From an uncultured Mollicutes bacterium (lineage in GTDB: Bacteria > Bacillota_I > Bacilli_A > RF39 > UBA660), in the NCBI GenBank assembly GCA_946500425.1, contig CAMMVQ010000002.1:5718-69717 (forward strand): a stretch of DNA of 64,000 bases, written 5' to 3'. Of the stretch, positions 28,757 through 37,565 are shown piece after piece. Below the pieces are notes generated by a model, which saw only the letters and a program-made list of their open reading frames with translations, did no database searches and had not been told where the DNA came from. The position numbers and the translations under genes are program-made. Position 1 is the first letter of the stretch; the number at the start of each line of letters is the position of its first letter.

Positions 28757-30550
28757 CTACCTAATAAACCTTTCTAAGCTTTCCTTTGCTTGCTTGTCAT
28801 ATTTAGTCTTCCACTTAGTATACATTTTCATGATTTCTTCTTTATTACTTAAAACTAACTCTATTTTATTTTTTATCTCAATTATATTGTCGGGAGCACT
28901 AACTACTAAGTATTTTTCTAATTCGGTACCTTCCCAATAATGATGATTATTGGCCGTTATGCAGGGAACTCCCAATTCCATGCTCTCTAGTGGTAATAAA
29001 GGTGCACACTCAACAAAAGTAACATAAATATTAATATCATTACCAGCAATTCTTTTTAACAATTCATCACGAGGAATTGGTTTACTTTCTCCTATAACAT
29101 TAGCGCCTATTAAAGATGCGAATTCTATCGTTTTTGTCGTTCTTGGAACACAATCTATTAAATGATTTTTAATCATGCTGGCCGCCGATAATTGATTATA
29201 AAAATTTTTAACCCATCTATCACCAGAAGCATACACTCCTATTTTAACATTTTTATTATTACTCTCTAATACCTTATACTTATTTTTATCCATTGATAAA
29301 GTATTCATTACAAATTCACAATTAACGTTTTTTGTCCTATAAAATTCATACATACTTTTTTTAACAAAACCAATGGATTCTATAATTCCATACCTACAAT
29401 ACTCAATAATGGTTCTTAAAGTGTTCCAATCATATTCTTCAACGTTCATGGCGTTACTACCATGCCATACAACTTTAATTCTTTGTTTAGGATTCTTTTC
29501 TTTTAATACTTCTATTAGTTTTGTCCAGGATAAATCAAAAGCGCTGAAAATTATAAGGCGAGGTTTCTTTTTAAATATTTCATCTGCATAATAATTTATT
29601 ACGTCAGTATCAAACAAAGCGTTTATGCCGATGGCACCTTCAAACATTTCCTTTGTTGCGTAAGAAGTTCCTAACCATCCTTTGCGATAAAAGGTAAGCA
29701 CTTGATTCTTTTTGATTTTCTTTAAATTATCATCTAGTATTTTCTTATTTTCCTCAAAATATTTTAGTTTTTTTTCTTTTGATCTTTTAATAACTAAAGG
29801 AAATAAAACAAGCTTTCCTAATCTTTTTACGTTTCTTTTTGCTTCTCTAGACAAATTTATAAACCTTTGTCCATTTTCTTTGCCTAATAGTCTAAAAATT
29901 TTATTTTCTCTTTGTTCTGCCTTAGGAATCCAACTTGCATCATAGTAATGAATCATACAAGTATTGTTGGTAAAAACGTTATCTTGCCTATCGTATGAGT
30001 ATGGATAAAAATACTCCCTTGGATAAATAACTACGTTATGTGATAGCTTTTGAATTTTTTTACCACCAATAATAAAATTATCACTTCCCACTAAATCGGT
30101 AATAATTTTCGGAATGCTGTACGCGTACGCATTTTGAGAATCAAATCCATCACAAGAACGATAAAATTTTAATAGCTTAGTTGATAAATAACTTTTAGGT
30201 TCTTTTTCGTACCAAACACCAACCGCTATCTTACCAGAGTCTTCCACTCCTAAAAAAGTATCATTTTCAAATAAAAAATCTATGTTTTTTATTACTTCCA
30301 TATCCGTATCAAAATAAATTCCACCCATTTCATTAAGCGCTTTAGTTCTTACGTAGTCAGCTACAAAAGCCCATTTTTTGCTTTCATATGCTTGCTTTAT
30401 AAAAGGGCATTCATTCAAATCAACGTTGCTTTCGTTCCATTCAATAATTTTATATTCAGGAAGAAATTTTTTCCAACTTTTTATACATTTTTTTGCAAGT
30501 TTAGGAAGTGGTTTTCCCCCAAACCAACAATAATGAATATACTTGTTCAT
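28757..30550 (-). CDS. Dual-domain glycosyltransferase (N-terminal GT32/Gly_transf_sug DXD domain, C-terminal GT-B-like domain)
   Basis: IHYCWFGGKPLP...KWAFVADYVRTKALNEMGGIYFDTDMEV. The C-terminal half ends PLESMELGVPCI. SD AGGAGG. Confidence 0.75.
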   Translation of the reverse strand: MNKYIHYCWFGGKPLPKLAKKCIKSWKKFLPEYKIIEWNESNVDLNECPFIKQAYESKKWAFVADYVRTKALNEMGGIYFDTDMEVIKNIDFLFENDTFLGVEDSGKIAVGVWYEKEPKSYLSTKLLKFYRSCDGFDSQNAYAYSIPKIITDLVGSDNFIIGGKKIQKLSHNVVIYPREYFYPYSYDRQDNVFTNNTCMIHYYDASWIPKAEQRENKIFRLLGKENGQRFINLSREAKRNVKRLGKLVLFPLVIKRSKEKKLKYFEENKKILDDNLKKIKKNQVLTFYRKGWLGTSYATKEMFEGAIGINALFDTDVINYYADEIFKKKPRLIIFSAFDLSWTKLIEVLKEKNPKQRIKVVWHGSNAMNVEEYDWNTLRTIIEYCRYGIIESIGFVKKSMYEFYRTKNVNCEFVMNTLSMDKNKYKVLESNNKNVKIGVYASGDRWVKNFYNQLSAASMIKNHLIDCVPRTTKTIEFASLIGANVIGESKPIPRDELLKRIAGNDINIYVTFVECAPLLPLESMELGVPCITANNHHYWEGTELEKYLVVSAPDNIIEIKNKIELVLSNKEEIMKMYTKWKTKYDKQAKESLERFIR

Positions 30551-30558
30551 GTTACCTC

Positions 30559-31293
30559 CTACTGCATTTGTTTTTTATAATATTCATCACATATTTTATT
30601 TGTATCACCAATCTTAACTACTTTTCCGTGTTCTAGCCACACAACTTTAGTGCATAAATCCTTTATTGATTGTAGTGAGTGAGAAACGTACAAAACCGTC
30701 GTTCCGCCTTCAATCATTTCCATCATTTTATGCTTACTTTTCTCTTGGAATTTAATGTCACCTACTGACAATATTTCATCTACGATTAATATTTCTGGGT
30801 TAACTATCGTTGCAATGGAAAAGGCAAGTTTAGCAGTCATACCAGAAGAAAAATTTTTAACCGGAACGTCTAAAAAATCTTTAAGTTCAGAAAATTCAAC
30901 TATCTCATCAAACTTTTCGTTTAAAAACTTCTTTGAGTATCCAAGAATTGCACCATTTAAGTAAATGTTTTCTCTTGCGGTTAAATTTCCATCAAAGCCC
31001 GCTCCAAGTTCTATCATGGGTGATATAACCCCATCCACGGTAACTTTTCCAGACGTTGGTTTCATAACGCCACTTACCACTTTTAACAAAGTTGATTTAC
31101 CAGCTCCATTACTTCCAATAAGTCCAACAACTTCTCCTTTATCAACGGTAAAGGATACATTTTTAAGAGCCCAAAAATCATCATTTTTCTTTTTCTTCTT
31201 TTGGGTAAATATATTTACAAAGGCTTGTTTCAAAGAAAAATCTTTTTCAATTGCAAGATTAAACTTCATTGAAACGTTATCTATCTTAATCAT
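30559..31293 (-). CDS. tagH: Polysaccharide/teichoic-acid export ABC transporter, ATP-binding subunit (TagH/Wzt-like, no C-terminal carbohydrate-binding domain)
   Basis: Walker A GSNGAGKST, signature FSSGM, Walker B ILIVDE. Confidence 0.9.
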   Translation of the reverse strand: MIKIDNVSMKFNLAIEKDFSLKQAFVNIFTQKKKKKNDDFWALKNVSFTVDKGEVVGLIGSNGAGKSTLLKVVSGVMKPTSGKVTVDGVISPMIELGAGFDGNLTARENIYLNGAILGYSKKFLNEKFDEIVEFSELKDFLDVPVKNFSSGMTAKLAFSIATIVNPEILIVDEILSVGDIKFQEKSKHKMMEMIEGGTTVLYVSHSLQSIKDLCTKVVWLEHGKVVKIGDTNKICDEYYKKQMQ

Positions 31294-31304
31294 CTTTTTA
31301 CCTC

Positions 31305-32120
31305 CTAAACATAATAAATGAATTTATCTTGTTTTTTCTTAAAAACAAAAGCTCCAATTGCAAGCATTCCAACCCCAATCAATCCTAATATACCAAGGGT
31401 AGCGAATGATGGCATCTGCTCATACACAACGATACTACGTGCCGCGTTCAAAAACTGATATAACGGATTAAAGTGCATTAACATCTGCAACTTTACCGGT
31501 AATATTTCTATACTATAAAACACAGGAGTCAAATAGTTCCATAAGGTTAAAACAATTCCGTATATATGCCATATGTCTCTTAAAAATACTGATATGCAAG
31601 AAAGTAAAAAGCCCATGCCCAAAGTAAATAAAAACATGCAGAAGAATATGTATGGCAAAAGTAAATAATACCAGTTAAAATGGCAAGGATAATCACCTAA
31701 ACCAACGTATGATAAAGCAATAATTATTAGCCATGGTATCAAAGTAAGTAAAAAATCTATTCCAACAAACAAGCATTTAGCAACCGGAAAAATATACTTT
31801 GGTATGTATACTTTATTTATTAAAGGAAAATTTTCAACAACTGAGGTCATTGCCATGTTTGAGGCCTGACTAAAATAATTAAACATAATAATACCAGTCA
31901 TCAAATAAACTATGTAGTTTACTCCTTCTACTTTAAACTTAAACATCTGCGAAAAAACAACCGCCATAACAGCCATTGTTAAAATGGGATTAAGAAGACT
32001 CCATAATATTCCTAATACCGACCTTTTATATTTAACTTTAAAATCCCTGGAAATTAATTGTGTCGTTAAAAACCAATATCGCTTAAAGTTACCCCAAATA
32101 TTTTTAACTGCTGTCATCAA
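31305..32120 (-). CDS. tagG: ABC-2 type polysaccharide export permease (TagG/Wzm-like)
   Basis: 271 aa with 6 TM. N-terminal LISRDFKVKYKRSVLGILWSLLNP is typical of the ABC-2 family. Confidence 0.88.
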   Translation of the reverse strand: MMTAVKNIWGNFKRYWFLTTQLISRDFKVKYKRSVLGILWSLLNPILTMAVMAVVFSQMFKFKVEGVNYIVYLMTGIIMFNYFSQASNMAMTSVVENFPLINKVYIPKYIFPVAKCLFVGIDFLLTLIPWLIIIALSYVGLGDYPCHFNWYYLLLPYIFFCMFLFTLGMGFLLSCISVFLRDIWHIYGIVLTLWNYLTPVFYSIEILPVKLQMLMHFNPLYQFLNAARSIVVYEQMPSFATLGILGLIGVGMLAIGAFVFKKKQDKFIYYV

Positions 32121-32207
32121 AACACTCCTTTTATATTTATCTATATTTATAATTATAACACACTAACCGTAATAACAAAAGAAAAAGAGGCAATAAAAGC
32201 CTCTTTG

Positions 32208-33170
32208 TTACCATTTAATTAAGGTATACAACTTCGTTAAAGCTTGGCTTCCTTCGACAATTCTCTTTAACCTACTTCTTTTTTTCCATATTTTATTATA
32301 CCTCCAACATGGAAATTTTTTATTTAGATAATTAAAAGCCGTATCAATGAATTTAAAAGCCGTTTGTTTATTTTTTTGATTCTTCTGCTGAAGGGTGTAC
32401 CTAAATATCGTTCTCATGTTTAAGAACTCGGCCCATTCTTTTATGTCATCATAATATTTTAAATTTTCTAAGTAATTATTAACTATATCCAAAACTTTTA
32501 ACACGTCAAACACTTTGTCATTCATGGTTGTTGTTTGACTATTATCATGAATTACATAATTATAATAAGTATCATTTATCTTACCAATTTTTTTAGCACT
32601 CGCAATTAATTTAGGAATAACCGCTAAATCTTCATATTTATAAACTTCAGAAAATCTAACATTCTCATCTTTAAATAAATTCTTTGAAAACAACTTATTA
32701 GCTGGTCCCATATTTATCGCTAATAATAAGTTTGGATTATCTTTTAAACTTCCAAAAGAAAAATCATCTATTTTTTCATAACCAATGCAACTTTCCTGAT
32801 CATTAACCTTTTTCAAGTTGCAAACAACCATATCTAATTTCTCTTTCTTGGCAAATAAATACATTTTCTCTAGATTATCCAAGTCCAAATAATCATCACT
32901 ATCGATAAAAGAAATAAACTCCCCACTTGCTTTTTTTATTCCAAGGTTTCGATTGTATCCTATTCCTTGGTTAGTTTTGTTGTGGATAACTTTTATGTTC
33001 GCATGCTTTTTTTCATACTCATTTATTATAGCCCGTGAATTATCAGTAGACTTATCGTCAATTACTATTATTTCAACTTCCTTTAAAGTTTGGTTAACCA
33101 AACTATCCAAGCACTTTCTTAGGTATTTTTCCGTATTATAAACCGGTACAATAACTGATACTTTTATCAT
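32208..33170 (-). CDS. Family 2 glycosyltransferase
   Basis: VSVIVPVYNTEKYLRKCLDSLVNQT...DDKSTD...DSDD. Confidence 0.88.
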   Translation of the reverse strand: MIKVSVIVPVYNTEKYLRKCLDSLVNQTLKEVEIIVIDDKSTDNSRAIINEYEKKHANIKVIHNKTNQGIGYNRNLGIKKASGEFISFIDSDDYLDLDNLEKMYLFAKKEKLDMVVCNLKKVNDQESCIGYEKIDDFSFGSLKDNPNLLLAINMGPANKLFSKNLFKDENVRFSEVYKYEDLAVIPKLIASAKKIGKINDTYYNYVIHDNSQTTTMNDKVFDVLKVLDIVNNYLENLKYYDDIKEWAEFLNMRTIFRYTLQQKNQKNKQTAFKFIDTAFNYLNKKFPCWRYNKIWKKRSRLKRIVEGSQALTKLYTLIKW

Positions 33171-34105
33171 TTTACCACCTTCAAATATAAGTTCAGACTA
33201 ATTTTCATTAACACTTTTTTAATTTTTCTTGCAAAAGTATCTACTAAAACCCCGTCAAAAGCATTTAAATTCTTAAGCTCGCTAACGTATTTTTTCTTAT
33301 CATCTTTATTTAATTCTCTTGCTTTTACGATTACGCAGTTAGATATGTAACTTAAGTAATAATCATCATAATTATTTTTAGAGCTTGTTTTTGATAAACT
33401 CTTCAAGTTTTTATACTGTTCAAGCATGTCAAAAGCTTTTTTTACGGTCTTTTTAGAATCACCGTCAGTCATAATGCTACCTTTCCTAACAACGTAATGA
33501 TATCCTAAATAATTAATGCTTTTCACGCTTTTAGCCTTATATATAATTTCTGGTATTAGCCCAAAGTCCTCATGATAAACTCCTTTTTTAAACTCAAATT
33601 TGTTTTTCAAGTAAAATTCTTTTTCATAAACGTAGCACCAGGCCGGTTCAACAAAATGATATTCTGAAATAAACTTAAAAGCATCCTTACCACTTACTAC
33701 ACCAAACGCTTTTTCCTCATGAGTTTCTTTATGCTTTCCGGTTTCATCTTCTTTAATCACTTGAAACCTCAAAAGGTTAACGTTGCTTATTTCTTTATCA
33801 ACTTCTTTAAGTAAAGATTTTTCTACGTAATCATCACTATCAACGAAAAGTAAGTACTTTCCTTTAGCGTGTTTAACCCCAACGTTTCTAGCTTCACTTA
33901 ATCCTTTATTACGTTGTTTTATGTATTTAATTTTTTTATATTTATTAAGATAACGTTTTATAATATCCTCACTATTATCAGTTGAACCATCATTAACGAT
34001 TATTATTTCGTATGATTCAAACTTTTGACCAATCAAACTATCTAAACATCTTTTTAAATACTTACTCGTGTTATAAACCGGAACAATAAAACTATACTTA
34101 GTCAT
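33167..34105 (-). CDS. Family 2 glycosyltransferase (paralogue of the adjacent gene)
   Basis: YSFIVPVYNTSKYLKRCLDSLIGQ...NDGSTD...DSDD. Confidence 0.88.
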   Translation of the reverse strand: MTKYSFIVPVYNTSKYLKRCLDSLIGQKFESYEIIIVNDGSTDNSEDIIKRYLNKYKKIKYIKQRNKGLSEARNVGVKHAKGKYLLFVDSDDYVEKSLLKEVDKEISNVNLLRFQVIKEDETGKHKETHEEKAFGVVSGKDAFKFISEYHFVEPAWCYVYEKEFYLKNKFEFKKGVYHEDFGLIPEIIYKAKSVKSINYLGYHYVVRKGSIMTDGDSKKTVKKAFDMLEQYKNLKSLSKTSSKNNYDDYYLSYISNCVIVKARELNKDDKKKYVSELKNLNAFDGVLVDTFARKIKKVLMKISLNLYLKVVK

Positions 34106-36248
34106 GGTTAACCTCCATTAGGTCGTACAACATTTTTAACCTATTTTTATTTAACTTATTAAAGTCTATTTTCTCCTTAAACGTCACCTTATTATCCAAA
34201 GCGTATTTTATTTTTTCGTATATGTCTTGTTCGTCTTTTTTCATCAAAATACCAAAACGATTAGGAATGGTTATATAGTCATCACTTACGTCAATCGTGG
34301 TTAATATGGTCTTATTAAGGACGATTGCTTCGTTATAAACAACCGGAAATCCTTCATAATCAGAAGTTATGATAACATAATTACACGCTTTTATGAACGG
34401 ATACGGATTTTTCTTTGCTCCAAACATAACTACGTTACTTAATTTTTCTTCTTTTATTATTTTTTCATAATCTTTTTTATTTGGACCATCACCAACAATC
34501 CAAAAAACCAAACTTTTATCTTTTTTAAATCTTTTGGCAACCCTTAATATCCTGGTTATTTTTTTAGCGGTTTCTTCTAATCTTCCGACGAATAAAATTA
34601 TGGTTTTATCATCTTTTGGAACGTCTATCGTTTCTTCTGACAAACTAATAATCTTTTCATAATCCACTAAATTACTGATTGTTATCGAACGTTTTTCAAT
34701 TGACGGATAAAACTTTATTAAATCTTTTTTTGACTCGTTTGAGACAAAAACAACGTGGTCAAATTTTTTTATTTTTCGCATGTCAAAAAAACATCTAATT
34801 TTCTTCTCATCATTTTGATAGGCATGTTTATAATTACTATGAACGTATAGCATGGTATTTAAAGAGGCGTTAAGACCAATAAAAACACAAGGCATAGAAT
34901 ACGTTGCAAAAGTAATCGATGAATCATATTCGTTTTTGTTTATAATTAAAAACATTATCTTTTTAATAAGGTTTAAACCCTTTCTAATAAACTTATTATT
35001 AATGTCAAATGGCTTGTATTCTTTTATTTTAACTAATTTACTTACCTCTTTTAAGAACACTCCTTCTTTACTTTCTAAATAAAGGGTTACGTTAAGTTTA
35101 TCATAATCAAGGTTTTTAAGAAGGGAAACAAGAGACGTTTCAATTCCACCATATCCTAGGTTATATGATGCTATTGCTACTTTCTTTTTAGCTTGTTTCT
35201 TAAAGAAGGCGTTACACAAAATTATTACGGATAAAATGGAAAGAGAAGAAAAACTAAAAAAACCATTAATAAAAACAAGCGAAAATAACGCCATAACCAA
35301 ACTTAAAAAGTACCATTTATCAAAAAACTTAACTTCATTTAATAGTAGCAAAAATGGCATAACAAATATTAAAAAACCAATAATACCAATACTATTAAGT
35401 AATCCAACAAAGTTTATTAAACTATAATTACTATTTTCACTAAAACTTCCAAACAATATTTGAACAAAATCATTAGAAAAGTTAACATCATCAAAACCAA
35501 TAAAACTTTTAATACCGTTATAATAGTCAGTATTTAAAATAACAATCACTGAAAAAGTAATTAAAGTCAAACCTAAAATTAAGTTTAAGATAAACATACC
35601 ATACTTCTTATCTTTTATTAATACGTATAATTCCTTAAATAAAAATGTCACTATTAATATACCTAACAAAACTAGTGGTAGCAAAGACTTAATAATTAAA
35701 CACATTATTATTGTTATGATTAGTATTAACATTTTATAATACTTAAACTTATTAAACGCAAAGTAAAATAATAAAGGAAGCATAATGGATATAACAATAC
35801 TTAATTCGTTAATAAAAATATTATTATTATCTAAAAATGTACTTACTAAAAATAAACATACGTAAATAAACATAATTAATCTTAAGTTTCTTTCACCTAT
35901 TACTTCTTTTTTTTCTTTATAGATAAAATAAATAAACATAAATGACAGTGGCAAAAACATGACATTAAAAACTACTAAATTAATGTTATTTACTACTGTT
36001 AAATTTAAAAACAAGTACATAATCACTAAAAAAGTATAAATAATTATTTTTTTATTTTTAAAAAATCTATTTAAAATACCATAAAGTAAAAGTATAAGCA
36101 AGAAAATTATTTTAAATAGTATTACACACATGGCATTGTTTTGATTAATCGCTAAAAAATCAACGATAGGACTTAATATTAAAAACCACTTAATTATACT
36201 AAAAACGTTTTCTTTTAAAAAATTATTTATTTTAACCAAAGTAATCAC
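34098..36248 (-). CDS. Fusion protein: N-terminal polytopic membrane domain of about 350 aa (about 10 TM, Wzy/O-antigen-ligase-like by topology only) plus a C-terminal GT4 glycosyltransferase
   Basis: N-terminal half is hydrophobic. C-terminal half has VAIASYNLGYGGIETSLVSL...FVGRLEE...SDYEGFPVVYNEA. The start is ambiguous: GTG 36248 or TTG 36239. Confidence 0.75.
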   Translation of the reverse strand: MITLVKINNFLKENVFSIIKWFLILSPIVDFLAINQNNAMCVILFKIIFLLILLLYGILNRFFKNKKIIIYTFLVIMYLFLNLTVVNNINLVVFNVMFLPLSFMFIYFIYKEKKEVIGERNLRLIMFIYVCLFLVSTFLDNNNIFINELSIVISIMLPLLFYFAFNKFKYYKMLILIITIIMCLIIKSLLPLVLLGILIVTFLFKELYVLIKDKKYGMFILNLILGLTLITFSVIVILNTDYYNGIKSFIGFDDVNFSNDFVQILFGSFSENSNYSLINFVGLLNSIGIIGFLIFVMPFLLLLNEVKFFDKWYFLSLVMALFSLVFINGFFSFSSLSILSVIILCNAFFKKQAKKKVAIASYNLGYGGIETSLVSLLKNLDYDKLNVTLYLESKEGVFLKEVSKLVKIKEYKPFDINNKFIRKGLNLIKKIMFLIINKNEYDSSITFATYSMPCVFIGLNASLNTMLYVHSNYKHAYQNDEKKIRCFFDMRKIKKFDHVVFVSNESKKDLIKFYPSIEKRSITISNLVDYEKIISLSEETIDVPKDDKTIILFVGRLEETAKKITRILRVAKRFKKDKSLVFWIVGDGPNKKDYEKIIKEEKLSNVVMFGAKKNPYPFIKACNYVIITSDYEGFPVVYNEAIVLNKTILTTIDVSDDYITIPNRFGILMKKDEQDIYEKIKYALDNKVTFKEKIDFNKLNKNRLKMLYDLMEVNHD

Positions 36249-36287
36249 CTATGTTAATTATATAATATAAACGAAACATTTACAAAT

Positions 36288-36311
36288 TAAAAAGCACCAA
36301 ATAAGGTGCTG
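36288..36311 (-). terminator. Intrinsic terminator after nahK
   Basis: AGCACC-AAATAA-GGTGCT with TTTTTAATTT on the minus strand. Confidence 0.6.
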
Positions 36312-36332
36312 AATAATTAATACTAAATCTTT

Positions 36333-37475
36333 TTATTTTTTAACTTTTGCTTTTCCAAGTGCGTTTTGATAACTTTCTTTTATATATGACTCCATAAGTG
36401 GTAACTTAGATTCTATGTCTTCTACTAGTTTTAATTGGTTTCTTGCGCGATCTAAATTATGAGTTTCATAGTTCGTTTTAAAATAAATGTCACCATCTAA
36501 ATAATCTCCTAAGAAACGCATCGAAAGCTCAAGTGTAATTATCTTGATTGCGTTAGCCATGTTATCGACTTCTTCTGGGACTAAATAAGGTGCCATTTCA
36601 CTTAAATATCCGTCAGTATAAGCTTTAAACATATCCATGTCAATCGAAACCTCTGATAAATCTTTTTCGTCTTCTAAAGCCGTAGAGCAAGCTGACCTAA
36701 CGCCATCACCATAATCATATAACCCAGAACCGGGCATAACCGTATCCAAGTCGATTACGGCCATTGGTTCTTTTGTTTCCTTATTCATTAAAACGTTATT
36801 AACCTTAGTATCATTATGAGTAACCCGAACTGGAATGGTCCCATCATCAAGCATATCAACGATTAAATTACAATCATCTTTTCTACTTAATATTTTAGCG
36901 ATTTCTTCAAAAGCCGTTTTATTTCTATCAACGACGTTTTCTTTGTAGCTTCTTAAAAAATCCTGAAATCTTTTTTTAGTATTATGAAAGTTTTCAATCG
37001 TTTCCGACAAAAGCTCTACCGGATAATTTCTTAACACCTTTTGAAAGTGTCCGAAAGCCTTACCAGTACTATAAACAACATCGGTATTTACCGACTGATT
37101 ATAAGTTACCGAATCATCAATGTAATTATAAACCCGGTAATATTCTTTTTGAGAAAAATCATCCATCATCATGTATAATGAGGCTCCATCTTTTGTTTCA
37201 ATAACACTTAAGTTACTATCATTTTCAGACTCTACATTTCTCATGTAAGAAGTAACGTTTTCTATGTTCTTCATCAATTGATAAGGTTTTTTAAAGACGT
37301 TTGTATTTATCTTTTGTAAAACAAATTTTCTTTTCTTTCCTTCATCATCAAAAACTACTAGGTAAGTAGTATTTATTATTCCGTTATTAATAGGACTTAT
37401 TTCTATTAATTTACCAGTTATATCAAATTCCTTTATTATTCTTTTTAATTCCATATAATCTTTTATTATTACCAT
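36333..37475 (-). CDS. nahK: N-acetylhexosamine 1-kinase (APH-fold phosphotransferase)
   Basis: Long colinear matches, from memory, to Bifidobacterium NahK: INTTYLV, IPVRVTHNDTKVNNVLM, IDLDTVMPGS, STALEDEKDLSEV, MRFLGDYLDGDIYF, HNLDRARNQLKLV. Confidence 0.85.
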   Translation of the reverse strand: MVIIKDYMELKRIIKEFDITGKLIEISPINNGIINTTYLVVFDDEGKKRKFVLQKINTNVFKKPYQLMKNIENVTSYMRNVESENDSNLSVIETKDGASLYMMMDDFSQKEYYRVYNYIDDSVTYNQSVNTDVVYSTGKAFGHFQKVLRNYPVELLSETIENFHNTKKRFQDFLRSYKENVVDRNKTAFEEIAKILSRKDDCNLIVDMLDDGTIPVRVTHNDTKVNNVLMNKETKEPMAVIDLDTVMPGSGLYDYGDGVRSACSTALEDEKDLSEVSIDMDMFKAYTDGYLSEMAPYLVPEEVDNMANAIKIITLELSMRFLGDYLDGDIYFKTNYETHNLDRARNQLKLVEDIESKLPLMESYIKESYQNALGKAKVKK

Positions 37476-37524
37476 GTTTAGCCCTCCTAGTATTAATTAT
37501 ACCATTTACAAGATTTTATGCAAT

Positions 37525-37555
37525 TAAAAAAGTTACTAGTCATATACCAGCAACT
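37525..37555 (-). terminator. Intrinsic terminator ending the ABC/arc operon
   Basis: AGTTGCTGG-TATATGA-CTAGTAACT (9 bp including two G-U pairs) followed by TTTTTTAATT on the minus strand. Confidence 0.6.
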
Positions 37556-37565
37556 TTAACTACAA

